This document shows positions 15,762 to 25,078 of a stretch of 64,000 nucleotides of DNA, piece by piece (position 1 is the stretch's first letter; the number at the start of each line of letters is the position of its first letter). The position numbers and the translations under genes are program-made. Origin of the DNA: a virus (taxonomy: Duplodnaviria; Caudoviricetes); the IMG/VR virus record IMGVR_UViG_3300032218_001677, positions 1 to 64,000 of that record; one strand, given 5' to 3'. Below the pieces are notes generated by a model. The model had not been told where the DNA came from. It saw only the letters and a program-made list of their open reading frames with translations, and did no database searches.

Positions 15762-17042
15762 ATGGCAAGTGTAAAAGAAATCAGAGTGGGAATGAGAGTG
15801 GTGGGTAAGTACCCGCCGTTCAAAGATGCTGAAGGTGAGATCACTCGCAGTACTCTTGTACCAGGTGGACCTGGTAGCAAGATTGCTGTGCGATTTGACG
15901 ATCCGTTATTGGGTGACGTGGAAATCTTACCTAAGGGTATTGAATTGGTTGGACGTGCTGTCGTTGCAAACGCCGCCCCGTCCAGCAATACAGTTTCACA
16001 AGTCGGAAATGTGATCATCAGCGATATGCGTATCGAATCGCTAGACGATCCTGCTTTGGACGACTTCCGTCCGAACATCAATCCTGCTAACTACGTATCA
16101 CGTACGCTTGCAGGCGGTAAAACAGACTTGGAAGTCATGGAAGCATACTTCAATCGTCGTGATGAGAACGACGGTTATCCAGTCTCGGTTGCCTTGGTAG
16201 GCGATACCCAGTCGGGTAAGACATACTTGATCCAAGTTCAAGCGTTCCGTATTGCGAAGTTGCTCGGCCTTCAGAAGCCATTGCCGTTGTTCCTGCTTGC
16301 AGGTTCATCAGCAATTACAGATCACGACTTGTTCGGCCAGTATCGTCCGATCATTGTCAATGGTCAGGAACGACTCGTATGGATGGAGGGCATCGTTGCT
16401 CTAGCCGCTCGTCTTGGTGGCATCTTGTACCTTGACGAGGTTAACGCTATGTCAGGTTCAGTAACAGCGGCTATTCACCCACTGCTTGACAATCGTCACC
16501 AGTTCGTGAACATCCGTAAGCCTGTTTGGAAAGGAACGGTTGAAACTGATCCAGTGACTGGCGTTGAGACACATCATGGTGCTTATCGTCCTGAGACAGT
16601 CATGGCCAACAAAAACCTGTGGATCATGGCAAGCTGGAACCCCGGCTACGCAGGTATGGCTAAGACCAACGAAGCGTTTGCTAACCGCTTCAAGCTCCTT
16701 GAATGGGGATATGACGAAGAGGTTGAGAAGAAACTCATCAAATCTCCTGCTGTTCGTTTGCTTGGCCAAGCATTACGTAATGCTCGTGCACAACGTAGCA
16801 TTACTACCCCTGTTGGTACTAGAGCATTACAGTTGCTTGAGGGTGACTTGGTTCACCTTGGAGTTGACTACAGCCTTTGGGCTTTCATGGGCCAGTTTGT
16901 GTCATCACAAGAAAAAATTGTAGTGAACGAGATCATCAAGGATCGTGGAATTGCAATCATGATGAAAGACGAATTCGAGCCTGACGTACCTGCGTCAGCA
17001 GTTGACCTCACATCGCTTATTGGCGATAACGAGCCTTACTGA
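15762..17042 (+). CDS. MoxR/CbbQ-like AAA+ ATPase with N-terminal SH3-like extension
   Basis: Walker A GDTQSGKT, Walker B LYLDEVN, ASWNPGYAG, AFANRF. Confidence 0.9.
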   Translation: MASVKEIRVGMRVVGKYPPFKDAEGEITRSTLVPGGPGSKIAVRFDDPLLGDVEILPKGIELVGRAVVANAAPSSNTVSQVGNVIISDMRIESLDDPALDDFRPNINPANYVSRTLAGGKTDLEVMEAYFNRRDENDGYPVSVALVGDTQSGKTYLIQVQAFRIAKLLGLQKPLPLFLLAGSSAITDHDLFGQYRPIIVNGQERLVWMEGIVALAARLGGILYLDEVNAMSGSVTAAIHPLLDNRHQFVNIRKPVWKGTVETDPVTGVETHHGAYRPETVMANKNLWIMASWNPGYAGMAKTNEAFANRFKLLEWGYDEEVEKKLIKSPAVRLLGQALRNARAQRSITTPVGTRALQLLEGDLVHLGVDYSLWAFMGQFVSSQEKIVVNEIIKDRGIAIMMKDEFEPDVPASAVDLTSLIGDNEPY

Positions 17043-17059
17043 TCCTGAGGAGGAATCAC

Positions 17060-19279
17060 ATGGTAAAGAAACAAAAAATGAACGAGGATGCCCTTGACCG
17101 ACGGTCAAAGGCACGCTCCATGAATCGCCGTGAGGCACTAAAGATTCGGGAGGAATACAATAAGGAAGTCTTAAACTTGATTTACTCGAATGACGATCAA
17201 GTTGAGAAAGGTTTCCTTAGCTACAAAAGTAAGCATGACCCACGTGCTATCAGAGCTACTGCTTATGTATTAGCTGAACGAGCACGTAAGGTTCTTACTT
17301 CTATGGGTATCAACCCACCCCTATCGTTGGATGTTGCGTATCACCGCAATGAAGTTAAGACAGTCAGTGCCATTACTGACTACAACAAGATTTCAATCCA
17401 GTTTGATATGGGTATGGTTGATCCATCAGATACAACAAAGATTGCAGAGTTGTTATCTGCTCTCAAAGCAGTGGTTTACCACGAAGGTGGGCACATCATG
17501 CTCACTTTGCCTTGGAAAGTGCTGTTTGACTGTTCATTGATGGATAACGGAATGAATCCAATTTCGTTTAACCCGTATCAAACTAAATGGGGTGACAACT
17601 TTGCAGAAACTTACCCCGCTTATATTGGTATGCGCAGTGACTTGAGATCAATTACAGACACCGTTCCTACTCCCACCGACCATAGCATTGTTTTGAGCAA
17701 TGATTCCAAATGGCAACAACACCACAATCATTATTATGGTGTAGCTGAGGTTTTGCAACCCAGTTGGAACCTATTAGAAGATGGGCGTATGGAGAGTGAG
17801 ATGACTATCAATAACCCTCCCATGATTAACTACTTCACTTCCTTAGTACTTAACTACATCGTTGATGAGGAAGAGCCAGGCTATGCTTGGCCGTTTGTTA
17901 TCACTAGATTGCATTTAGATGAAGAGCTCATAGATAACATTAGACAATTGGCATATAAGTTTGCAGAAGATAAGAACTTAGATGTTACTCTTGTTGATCA
18001 AATCGAAGAGCAAATACATGTGTATCGTCAAGCTAAGACAGCAACAGATGTTGTTGTTGCTACTTGGCAAATGCACAACCTTATCACTCAGTGGATGGCC
18101 GGGGGTAAAGGTAATGATGGTAAGCAACCACAACCTGAAGATGGACGTGGACGACAAGGTAAAGGTTCACCTAATCCTGGCGGTACTAATGAGGGTAATA
18201 ACCCTGGTAAAACCATAGTCCACGAACAACCAACCTTTGGTGATGAAGGTAAAGGTTGGGAGACAAAGCCTGGTGAACAACCTGATAATGGTGAGAAACC
18301 TGGTGAGGGCAAGAACCCTGGTAAAGGTAATCAACCTGGTGAGGATAAGCAACCTGGTAAGGGTGATGGAAAAGAAGAAGGTGGGGATAGCACAACTATT
18401 AGCCCTACTGGTGGCACAAAAGGTACTGGTGGTAAGGTCAAGCAAAACATTAACTACCAAGAGATTCGTGAGAAACTCAAAGAAAAAACCAAAGAAGCGA
18501 TAGAACGTATTGTTTCTAACGACGAAGCGGAACAGCTCATCTCTGAAATCAATACAGAGTTGATGCGGGACATGCCACATAATGGTGCTGTATCAAATAT
18601 GGACGGTGCTCTTATGGCCGATGCAATGTCTGTAGCTAGTCAAATGTTATCGGCGCTTGAACCGTTAGCATTGACAGCTGATCCTGCTTGGCGTTTCCGT
18701 CAGGAACATGGTGTGCTTGACCCCACGTCATACAAAATGCACGAGCCTGGTGACTCAGACTATTGGGTTGACTACGAAGGTGAAGGTGCCCATGGCCATA
18801 GTCTTGCTGTGTCTGTTATGTTAGACACTTCAGGTTCTATGCAAGGTTGGATGGATCAACTATCAGTTGCGGCGTATGGTATACGTAGTGCTTGTGATAG
18901 CTTAGAAATTCCATGCACAGTGTCTACCTTTGACACAGAGCCGTACATGATTTGGGATCATGATGAGGTTGCACAACCAGTGCTTATACATGATGGTGGT
19001 GGTACAAATCCGCTTGATGGTTTGCGCCAAATTAAAAATCAGGTTGCTGGTAAAAAGCGCCACCTTGTTGTTATACTCACCGATGGCGAGTGGTCACAAG
19101 TAAATTCAATCAAGCCATTTGTAGAACCCGGCCAGTACTGGTTACTAGTTGGCCTTGGTAACGCTCATTACGCCAAGGATCTTGTATCCAAGAAAGGTGG
19201 TGACGTGGCAATAGGTATTGATAACGTAATGGATCTCCCCAAGGAGATTGAGAAAGCTCTTATCGGATTCCTAGCCTAG
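17060..19279 (+). CDS. vWA-domain protein with N-terminal HExxH region and Gly/Pro/Lys linker (MoxR partner)
   Basis: YHEGGH, NLLEDGRME, MIDAS DTSGSM, GGTNP, VVILTDGE. Confidence 0.88.
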   Translation: MVKKQKMNEDALDRRSKARSMNRREALKIREEYNKEVLNLIYSNDDQVEKGFLSYKSKHDPRAIRATAYVLAERARKVLTSMGINPPLSLDVAYHRNEVKTVSAITDYNKISIQFDMGMVDPSDTTKIAELLSALKAVVYHEGGHIMLTLPWKVLFDCSLMDNGMNPISFNPYQTKWGDNFAETYPAYIGMRSDLRSITDTVPTPTDHSIVLSNDSKWQQHHNHYYGVAEVLQPSWNLLEDGRMESEMTINNPPMINYFTSLVLNYIVDEEEPGYAWPFVITRLHLDEELIDNIRQLAYKFAEDKNLDVTLVDQIEEQIHVYRQAKTATDVVVATWQMHNLITQWMAGGKGNDGKQPQPEDGRGRQGKGSPNPGGTNEGNNPGKTIVHEQPTFGDEGKGWETKPGEQPDNGEKPGEGKNPGKGNQPGEDKQPGKGDGKEEGGDSTTISPTGGTKGTGGKVKQNINYQEIREKLKEKTKEAIERIVSNDEAEQLISEINTELMRDMPHNGAVSNMDGALMADAMSVASQMLSALEPLALTADPAWRFRQEHGVLDPTSYKMHEPGDSDYWVDYEGEGAHGHSLAVSVMLDTSGSMQGWMDQLSVAAYGIRSACDSLEIPCTVSTFDTEPYMIWDHDEVAQPVLIHDGGGTNPLDGLRQIKNQVAGKKRHLVVILTDGEWSQVNSIKPFVEPGQYWLLVGLGNAHYAKDLVSKKGGDVAIGIDNVMDLPKEIEKALIGFLA

Positions 19280-19287
19280 GAGGTTAT

Positions 19288-19563
19288 ATGGAATGGTCAG
19301 ATGTTTCTGACGTTGAAATAGAGGAAGAACTGCCTAAGGTTATTCAGGTAGTTAAGATAATCAGATATGACGTTGAACGTGTTTTATCTGCTATGCAAAT
19401 TAATGGTGAGTTTCCTAGCCCAACCATCGAGGATGTTTTAAACGTTGTCGCTGGTTGGGCTTCGGAAGACTTTGGGTGTCAGTGGGGCCATCCCACTGAC
19501 GCATCAAAGTTAATGTACTTAGATGACTTAGGTGATCCATTGTACATGCCGGAGGAAGAATGA
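19288..19563 (+). CDS. Hypothetical acidic protein
   Basis: RBS AGGAGG. Confidence 0.65.
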   Translation: MEWSDVSDVEIEEELPKVIQVVKIIRYDVERVLSAMQINGEFPSPTIEDVLNVVAGWASEDFGCQWGHPTDASKLMYLDDLGDPLYMPEEE

Positions 19564-21032
19564 ATGGACAACTCAGTTCGGCAAACGTGCCGGCGTCCAA
19601 TTCGCTGTACCTGCCTAGTCTCGATCTAAATCTATTTGATTATCAAGTAGAAGCGTTTGAATGGGCTGTTGATAAACAACAGTCTTATTTAGCGTTAGAC
19701 ATGGGACTAGGCAAGACAGCAATAGCAATTGCGGTTGCTTCAGCGTTAGTTGAACAGCTGCAGCAAAAAGTACTTATCGTAGTTCCCCCCAGTCTTATAT
19801 TAAACTGGGTAACAGAATTTGGTAAGTTTAATAAGAATGTAAAAGTTGCAGTTCTGCGGGGCAAATCTCCAGTTAATTTGCCAGATGCCAATGTTTATAT
19901 AATTGGTAACGCAGTTTTAGCACAATGGGTTTTATTACTTATGGGCGAGATAGATGCCATCATAGTTGATGAAGCTCATTTCTTTAAAAACAACTCCAAG
20001 CGTACTAAAGCTTTGATAAGCCTTAGTCAGTACATGCCCGCTAATGCAATACGTGTTCTTATGTCAGGAACACCTGCTCCTAACGGGCGTAATATGGAGT
20101 TGGTTACACAAATAGATACGCTTGGCCCCAATGCATGGCAAGGCGTGGGTGGCATTGGCCATTTTTGGCAACACTATGCTCCCTGGTCTGGAGTGATTGT
20201 TAATGGTAAGAAAGTAGGAAGAATATCCACCAATGATCTAGACCTTAAAAACCGTATGCATAACTCTTTTATGTTTAGACGTAAAAGAGATGAAGTAATA
20301 GACTTACCTTCAAAAACAAGAACTACAGTTGTTCTAGAGGGCACAGGTACTGCTGTTGATGATTACATAGCATGCGAAAACGATTTGATTGCATGGCTTG
20401 AGTCGTTAGACAAAGATACAACTGGGGCCGAAAGAGCGTATGCATTAGTACGACTTGGTTTTTTGCGTAAGCATGTAGGTAAGGCTAAAGTTGAATCAAT
20501 CATTAAGTTTGTATCTGAAATACTAGATAATGAACCTGGTGGGGTGTTTATAGTTGCAGAACATGTAGACACTATGGATTCTTTAGTTGCTGGACTTAGC
20601 AAATATAAAGTTTGTGAAGTTCGTGGTGGTATGTCAGAGTCTGCTAAACATAAAGCAGTCAATGACTTTAATAGTGGCGCTTCAAGAGTTATGGTAGGTC
20701 AGATAATATCTGCTGGTACGGGCTTGACTCTTACTGGCAACGGTATTAATGTGAACCACCGAACAATCATTGCGCAGTTGCCGTGGAACCCTGCCTCGCT
20801 CAAACAAGCAGAGGATAGAGTACACAGAATTTCACAGTCAATGGATGTATGCGTTACCATTCCACTGTGTCATATAGAGGGTCGCCAAACAATTGATGAA
20901 AGATTGTGGGGTGTCCTTGAAGATAAAGCGTTCTCAACAGGAATACTTATTGATGGGGAAGCTGAAGTGTTACTTGAAACAATCCAAAACGGAGTGCTTG
21001 ACTCCTACAAACGAAAGAAGGTAAATCCATGA
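19560..21032 (+). CDS. SNF2-family helicase
   Basis: LALDMGLGKT, VVPPSL, DEAH, MSGTP, AGTGLTL, QAEDRVHRI. Confidence 0.92.
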   Translation: MNGQLSSANVPASNSLYLPSLDLNLFDYQVEAFEWAVDKQQSYLALDMGLGKTAIAIAVASALVEQLQQKVLIVVPPSLILNWVTEFGKFNKNVKVAVLRGKSPVNLPDANVYIIGNAVLAQWVLLLMGEIDAIIVDEAHFFKNNSKRTKALISLSQYMPANAIRVLMSGTPAPNGRNMELVTQIDTLGPNAWQGVGGIGHFWQHYAPWSGVIVNGKKVGRISTNDLDLKNRMHNSFMFRRKRDEVIDLPSKTRTTVVLEGTGTAVDDYIACENDLIAWLESLDKDTTGAERAYALVRLGFLRKHVGKAKVESIIKFVSEILDNEPGGVFIVAEHVDTMDSLVAGLSKYKVCEVRGGMSESAKHKAVNDFNSGASRVMVGQIISAGTGLTLTGNGINVNHRTIIAQLPWNPASLKQAEDRVHRISQSMDVCVTIPLCHIEGRQTIDERLWGVLEDKAFSTGILIDGEAEVLLETIQNGVLDSYKRKKVNP

Positions 21033-21385
21033 AGGTTAACTCATTCAATCTAGGTAAAGAATGGTTAGAAAAGAAGAAAGCTCTTGCTGAGTTACAGGCA
21101 GAGTTTGACGAGTTGGATGCAAAACTCAAAGAGTTCATGTTTTCAACCGGCCTTAAGACCATTGAAGTAGATAAGAATGTCATTGAGTTGCAAGTTAACG
21201 CTCGCAGATCATTCGATGCAACTGCATTGAAAGACATGATAAGTGCTTCAGTCTTTAACAAGATAACAAAGCCAACTGTTGATACAGCATTGATTGACGC
21301 CGCAGTTAAGTTGGGCACAATCAAGCCTGATGTGGTTGAGCAAGTAACCAAGAAAACCGAATACAAACAACTACGAGTGAAGTGA
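21029..21385 (+). CDS. Hypothetical coiled-coil protein
   Basis: ATGA overlap; N-terminal heptad pattern. Confidence 0.65.
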   Translation: MKVNSFNLGKEWLEKKKALAELQAEFDELDAKLKEFMFSTGLKTIEVDKNVIELQVNARRSFDATALKDMISASVFNKITKPTVDTALIDAAVKLGTIKPDVVEQVTKKTEYKQLRVK

Positions 21386-21391
21386 GGAACA

Positions 21392-21664
21392 ATGAGTACA
21401 TCAACAAATGTACATTTAAATGGTTGTTACAACCCAAAGGTAAGCATAGAGTTTAATGACTACCTTGATTGCGGAGCTCCATTTAGGACACTAAAGCTAT
21501 GCGCAGGAGAACATGAGGTAAATGTGTTTTTCATGGAGCACAATGAACCAAACTTAATTGAGGTTCTTAATCAAATCATTGAGTCAGCAACTAATAAGTT
21601 GAATGAGTTGTCTGTCTCGGCATGGGTAAATGCAGTCAAAGAATTATCAGAAAGTGAGGTATAA
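21392..21664 (+). CDS. Hypothetical protein
   Basis: RBS GAGGA. Confidence 0.6.
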   Translation: MSTSTNVHLNGCYNPKVSIEFNDYLDCGAPFRTLKLCAGEHEVNVFFMEHNEPNLIEVLNQIIESATNKLNELSVSAWVNAVKELSESEV

Positions 21665-21666
21665 GC

Positions 21667-21876
21667 ATGCCTGGATACAATATGCCTGATGGTTGTTACG
21701 AGAGTGACATACCTGGTTGGGATGACGAAGACACCACTGCAATGGTTTACTGTGATGACTGCCAAATCGACTTTGAAGCAGAAGTTACATATAACCGTGG
21801 TACAGAAAGCGGGGATGTAACCTGCCCCGAATGTAATAAAGAATGGTATTACGAACATGAAACCGACAACAACTAA
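21667..21876 (+). CDS. Small acidic Zn-ribbon protein
   Basis: CDDC...CPEC. Confidence 0.65.
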   Translation: MPGYNMPDGCYESDIPGWDDEDTTAMVYCDDCQIDFEAEVTYNRGTESGDVTCPECNKEWYYEHETDNN

Positions 21877-21896
21877 ACCAACAACAAGGAGCAATA

Positions 21897-22481
21897 ATGT
21901 TTAACTATCACGAAATATTTGAAGAGCACGGAAAGTCACCTGCCACCCCACAAGAGTGGCAGACTTGTGACACAACCCATGATTATGTTTGGATGTTCAA
22001 TGTAACTTCCGGATTTACTGAAAGAATGATGATCAGCTACCTCAATGACCACAAGAACCCAAAGGTTGTTGAGAAAGAAATGGATCAGTTTATGGAAGAG
22101 CTTCAACGTCAGACAGGTTTGTCTGTTGAGGACACAGCCATGTACGCAAAATTGGGACAATACATTTCCCAAGACCGTGAGTATAGGGATGATCCTGAAG
22201 CTGCTCGACAAGCTGCTTACAAATGTTTCGAACAACATATGGAAGTACATGACAAGCTTGAGAATGCTGAAACTCTTGAAGACTTGGAAATGCCTGAAGA
22301 GTTAGTACGTATGGCAGAAGAGTTCAACAACATGCTCGAAGAGCGTCATGAAAAGAATAACAAGATTGAATCCGAGCTTGCAGTTTTGGAAGCAGAGATG
22401 AAGGCCGATGAATTGGCTGGAGTGTTCACTGAACTTGAGAACCTTCTCAAAAAGATCAATGAAGAGGAGGGGGACAAGTGA
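21897..22481 (+). CDS. Acidic helical hypothetical protein
   Basis: RBS AAGGAG; 194 aa. Confidence 0.7.
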   Translation: MFNYHEIFEEHGKSPATPQEWQTCDTTHDYVWMFNVTSGFTERMMISYLNDHKNPKVVEKEMDQFMEELQRQTGLSVEDTAMYAKLGQYISQDREYRDDPEAARQAAYKCFEQHMEVHDKLENAETLEDLEMPEELVRMAEEFNNMLEERHEKNNKIESELAVLEAEMKADELAGVFTELENLLKKINEEEGDK

Positions 22482-23017
22482 TTACTGTTGACACTCTAAG
22501 AGACATGCTTGTGGATCTTAAAAGTAAGACTCGTAAAGATATCCACGATGAACTAATGCCATTCCTTATCCCTATAAAAGATATGGAGAAGGAGTTGTTT
22601 GGTGCACCAATTTCTACCGTACCGTTTGGTGATGGAGATACTTACAAGTTATTTAATTTCCTTTCACAGAACCTGCTTATGCTAGAGGGGTATGCTCAGT
22701 TTGTTTTGATTGCTCCAGGAAGAGGGTTTAACCCCGAAAATAATGAACGAAAGAAAGTGTTCTTGTTGTTCGTTGTTGAAAGCCATGACGTTATAACCGT
22801 TGGTACTTGGGATCATGAATCTGGTGAATACCTTCAAGAACCCCAGCTGATACATCCAGACGAAGTGGCAGGTGATCTGCTTTTAGCAATCAAATTCTTT
22901 GCGTACCTTTTAGAATGCGCTAAGAATGGTATACATAAGCCTGGTGAGTTTGCTCAAGCAACTAGGTTGGTACAAGAAACAATGGATATTCTTGTGTCAA
23001 GAAATGCAGGTGAGTAA
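22478..23017 (+). CDS. Hypothetical protein
   Basis: GTGA overlap. Confidence 0.65.
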   Translation: MITVDTLRDMLVDLKSKTRKDIHDELMPFLIPIKDMEKELFGAPISTVPFGDGDTYKLFNFLSQNLLMLEGYAQFVLIAPGRGFNPENNERKKVFLLFVVESHDVITVGTWDHESGEYLQEPQLIHPDEVAGDLLLAIKFFAYLLECAKNGIHKPGEFAQATRLVQETMDILVSRNAGE

Positions 23018-23415
23018 TGAGACCGGGACTCGAAGACCTAGCAAAAACTATGCACCCCAGCTTTGGTGCATCTTTCCCTGACCAAGGTTGGGATAAGATT
23101 ATCATTGACTGCCATAACAAACTGAAGACCATTGATCCTGATTATGTTATATATCAGGTCAAAGAAAAGTTTGGAACACTTAGGTTTTACTTCTACAGTA
23201 ATAGTAAGAGTCAAGCTGATATGGCTAAGTGTGTTGAGGAAGCAGAAGAACTAAGTGCAGTGACTTGTGAACTATGCGGTAATCCTGGTAGTTTAGATCG
23301 CGAAGCGTACTGGGTTAAAACCCTGTGCCCTGAGTGCACAACTACTAGAAAGGTTAGACGTGATGCCACGCCAGCACCAATCAACGTCAATGAGGAAACT
23401 CTTGAAAGAAATTAA
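23017..23415 (+). CDS. Conserved-looking phage hypothetical protein with C-terminal Zn ribbon
   Basis: QVKEKFGTLRFY...TCELCGNPG...LCPEC. Confidence 0.7.
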   Translation: MRPGLEDLAKTMHPSFGASFPDQGWDKIIIDCHNKLKTIDPDYVIYQVKEKFGTLRFYFYSNSKSQADMAKCVEEAEELSAVTCELCGNPGSLDREAYWVKTLCPECTTTRKVRRDATPAPINVNEETLERN

Positions 23416-23572
23416 AGACTTAGGGTTTGACATAACCCAAAAGAAATCAGGAACATATTTGATTGTACCGCCGGCTCACATTGATGGGCCGGCGTATACA
23501 ACTCATGCAACTGAGTCTGCGTTTCACCCAATAAAAAGAGACTTCAAAAAGCTATACAAGATAGAACTGTGA
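23390..23572 (+). CDS. HicA-like (dsRBD-fold) small protein
   Basis: MRKLLKEIKDLGFDITQKKSGTYLIVPP...YTTHATES. Confidence 0.5.
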   Translation: MRKLLKEIKDLGFDITQKKSGTYLIVPPAHIDGPAYTTHATESAFHPIKRDFKKLYKIEL

Positions 23573-23578
23573 GGAACT

Positions 23579-23842
23579 ATGAAAAACAGCGAATGGCGTA
23601 ACAAAGCGGCATGCTTAGGTATGCCAACGAATGTGTTCTTCCTTGAAAGAGGGGACTCAAGCAAAGAAGCCAAGACAATATGTAATACATGCTCAGTTAA
23701 AACAGATTGTTTAAACGAAGCTGTACACATTAACCCTATATACGACAGCTACGGAATTTATGGTGGTAAGTCATCTAGGGAACGCAACAAGATCCGTAAG
23801 CAACTAGGTCTTGTGTTTACACCAATAACTCATAGGAATTAA
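23579..23842 (+). CDS. whiB: WhiB-family Fe-S transcription regulator
   Basis: WRNKAAC...FF...AKTICNTCSVKTDCL...YGIYGG. Confidence 0.9.
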   Translation: MKNSEWRNKAACLGMPTNVFFLERGDSSKEAKTICNTCSVKTDCLNEAVHINPIYDSYGIYGGKSSRERNKIRKQLGLVFTPITHRN

Positions 23843-23845
23843 ATA

Positions 23846-23901
23846 GAACCCCGAGTGGGAGTCACGTAATCAGTGACCCCGCTCGGGGTTCCTTTTTTTT
23901 T
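23846..23901 (+). terminator. Rho-independent terminator
   Basis: GAACCCCGAGTGGGAGTCAC-loop-GTGACCCCGCTCGGGGTTC followed by a T tract. Confidence 0.9.
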
Positions 23902-23981
23902 GTTTTTATTCCTACCCAAATTTTGTGGCTGGTGTAAACTTGTACTCGTCGCAAACGTGATGCTGTCCAAAGGAGAAAACC

Positions 23982-24452
23982 ATGAGCCTATGTCGTGGCC
24001 CATTATGTAGTGAAAAAACTGTGGCTAAAGGATTGTGCGCTGCCCATTACAAGCAATTGAAGCGTGATGGTAAGTTGCATGTCATTGAGAAGTCACAACT
24101 TCCAGAAGATAAGTTCTGGAAGAACATCAAGAAAGAAGAGAATGGTTGCTGGACATGGACAGGGACCGTTGACAAAGGTTATGGCCGTATGTATGTTGGA
24201 AACAAAGCATTCCAATCTCACAGATGGTCATATGAACAACACAGACATGTGTCTTTGACTAAGGCCGAAACACTTGACCACTTATGCAGAAACACTTTGT
24301 GTTGTAATCCTGAGCATCTTGAAAAAGTTGCTTTAATTGAGAATATTGAAAGACAGCACTTGTATCATGCACTTAACGCAGAAATTAAAAGACTGCGTGA
24401 GTTCCTTACTGACATTGGTTACGATCCCGATACTTTACAAAAGGAGTTGTGA
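23982..24452 (+). CDS. HNH endonuclease with N-terminal Cys/His motif
   Basis: GCWTWTG...GYG...HRWSYE...LDHLCRNTLCCNPEHLE. Confidence 0.9.
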   Translation: MSLCRGPLCSEKTVAKGLCAAHYKQLKRDGKLHVIEKSQLPEDKFWKNIKKEENGCWTWTGTVDKGYGRMYVGNKAFQSHRWSYEQHRHVSLTKAETLDHLCRNTLCCNPEHLEKVALIENIERQHLYHALNAEIKRLREFLTDIGYDPDTLQKEL

Positions 24453-24527
24453 TATGTGGTTAATCATGGTAATTATTCTGTACGTAATTTTGTACTTTGT
24501 AGCAAACGAAATAGATGAGGATAAATA

Positions 24528-24971
24528 ATGCAAACATTTGTACCACACGGAAGTGATTTTACCAGTAATGCTTTAGTGCTTGACCGACAGCGGTTGGGTA
24601 AACAAAGAGTTGAAGGTATGCAAATTATTAATACGTTACTTGGATATAGTGAAGGTTGGGTAAATCACCCAGCAGTAAAAATGTGGAAAGGGTATGAACA
24701 AGCCCTTGTTAAATACACCTTAAATATCTGTCAGGAATGGACATTAAGAGGTTACAAAGATACTTGTGCTATAAAGATTTTAGACAAATGTGTTGATTCT
24801 GAATTATTTGCAGATGACATTGTATGGGCAGATATCAAGTTACCTGCATGGTTAGATGACCCTGAAGTAATGGAATCACATAAGTCAAATTTACTTCGTA
24901 AGTTACCTAATCATTATTCACAGTATTGGCCTGAGGTGTCACCTGACCTTCCTTACAAGTGGCCAGTTTGA
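24528..24971 (+). CDS. Pyrimidine-dimer DNA glycosylase / MSMEG_6728-like protein
   Basis: MQTF...LDRQRLGKQRVE..QI...GWVNHPAVKMWKGYE..L...HKSNLLRK. Confidence 0.8.
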   Translation: MQTFVPHGSDFTSNALVLDRQRLGKQRVEGMQIINTLLGYSEGWVNHPAVKMWKGYEQALVKYTLNICQEWTLRGYKDTCAIKILDKCVDSELFADDIVWADIKLPAWLDDPEVMESHKSNLLRKLPNHYSQYWPEVSPDLPYKWPV

Positions 24972-25010
24972 CATAACCATGTTGTAATCGTGGCTTCGTC
25001 CAAAACACAA

Positions 25011-25064
25011 AACCCTGAGTGGGGTGTCTTAATTGACAATCCCACTCAGGGTTCTTTTTTTTTT
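25011..25064 (+). terminator. Rho-independent terminator ending the early block
   Basis: AACCCTGAGTGGGGTGTC-TTAATT-GACAATCCCACTCAGGGTT followed by 10 T. Confidence 0.9.
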
Positions 25065-25078
25065 GTTTTTATTTCTAC

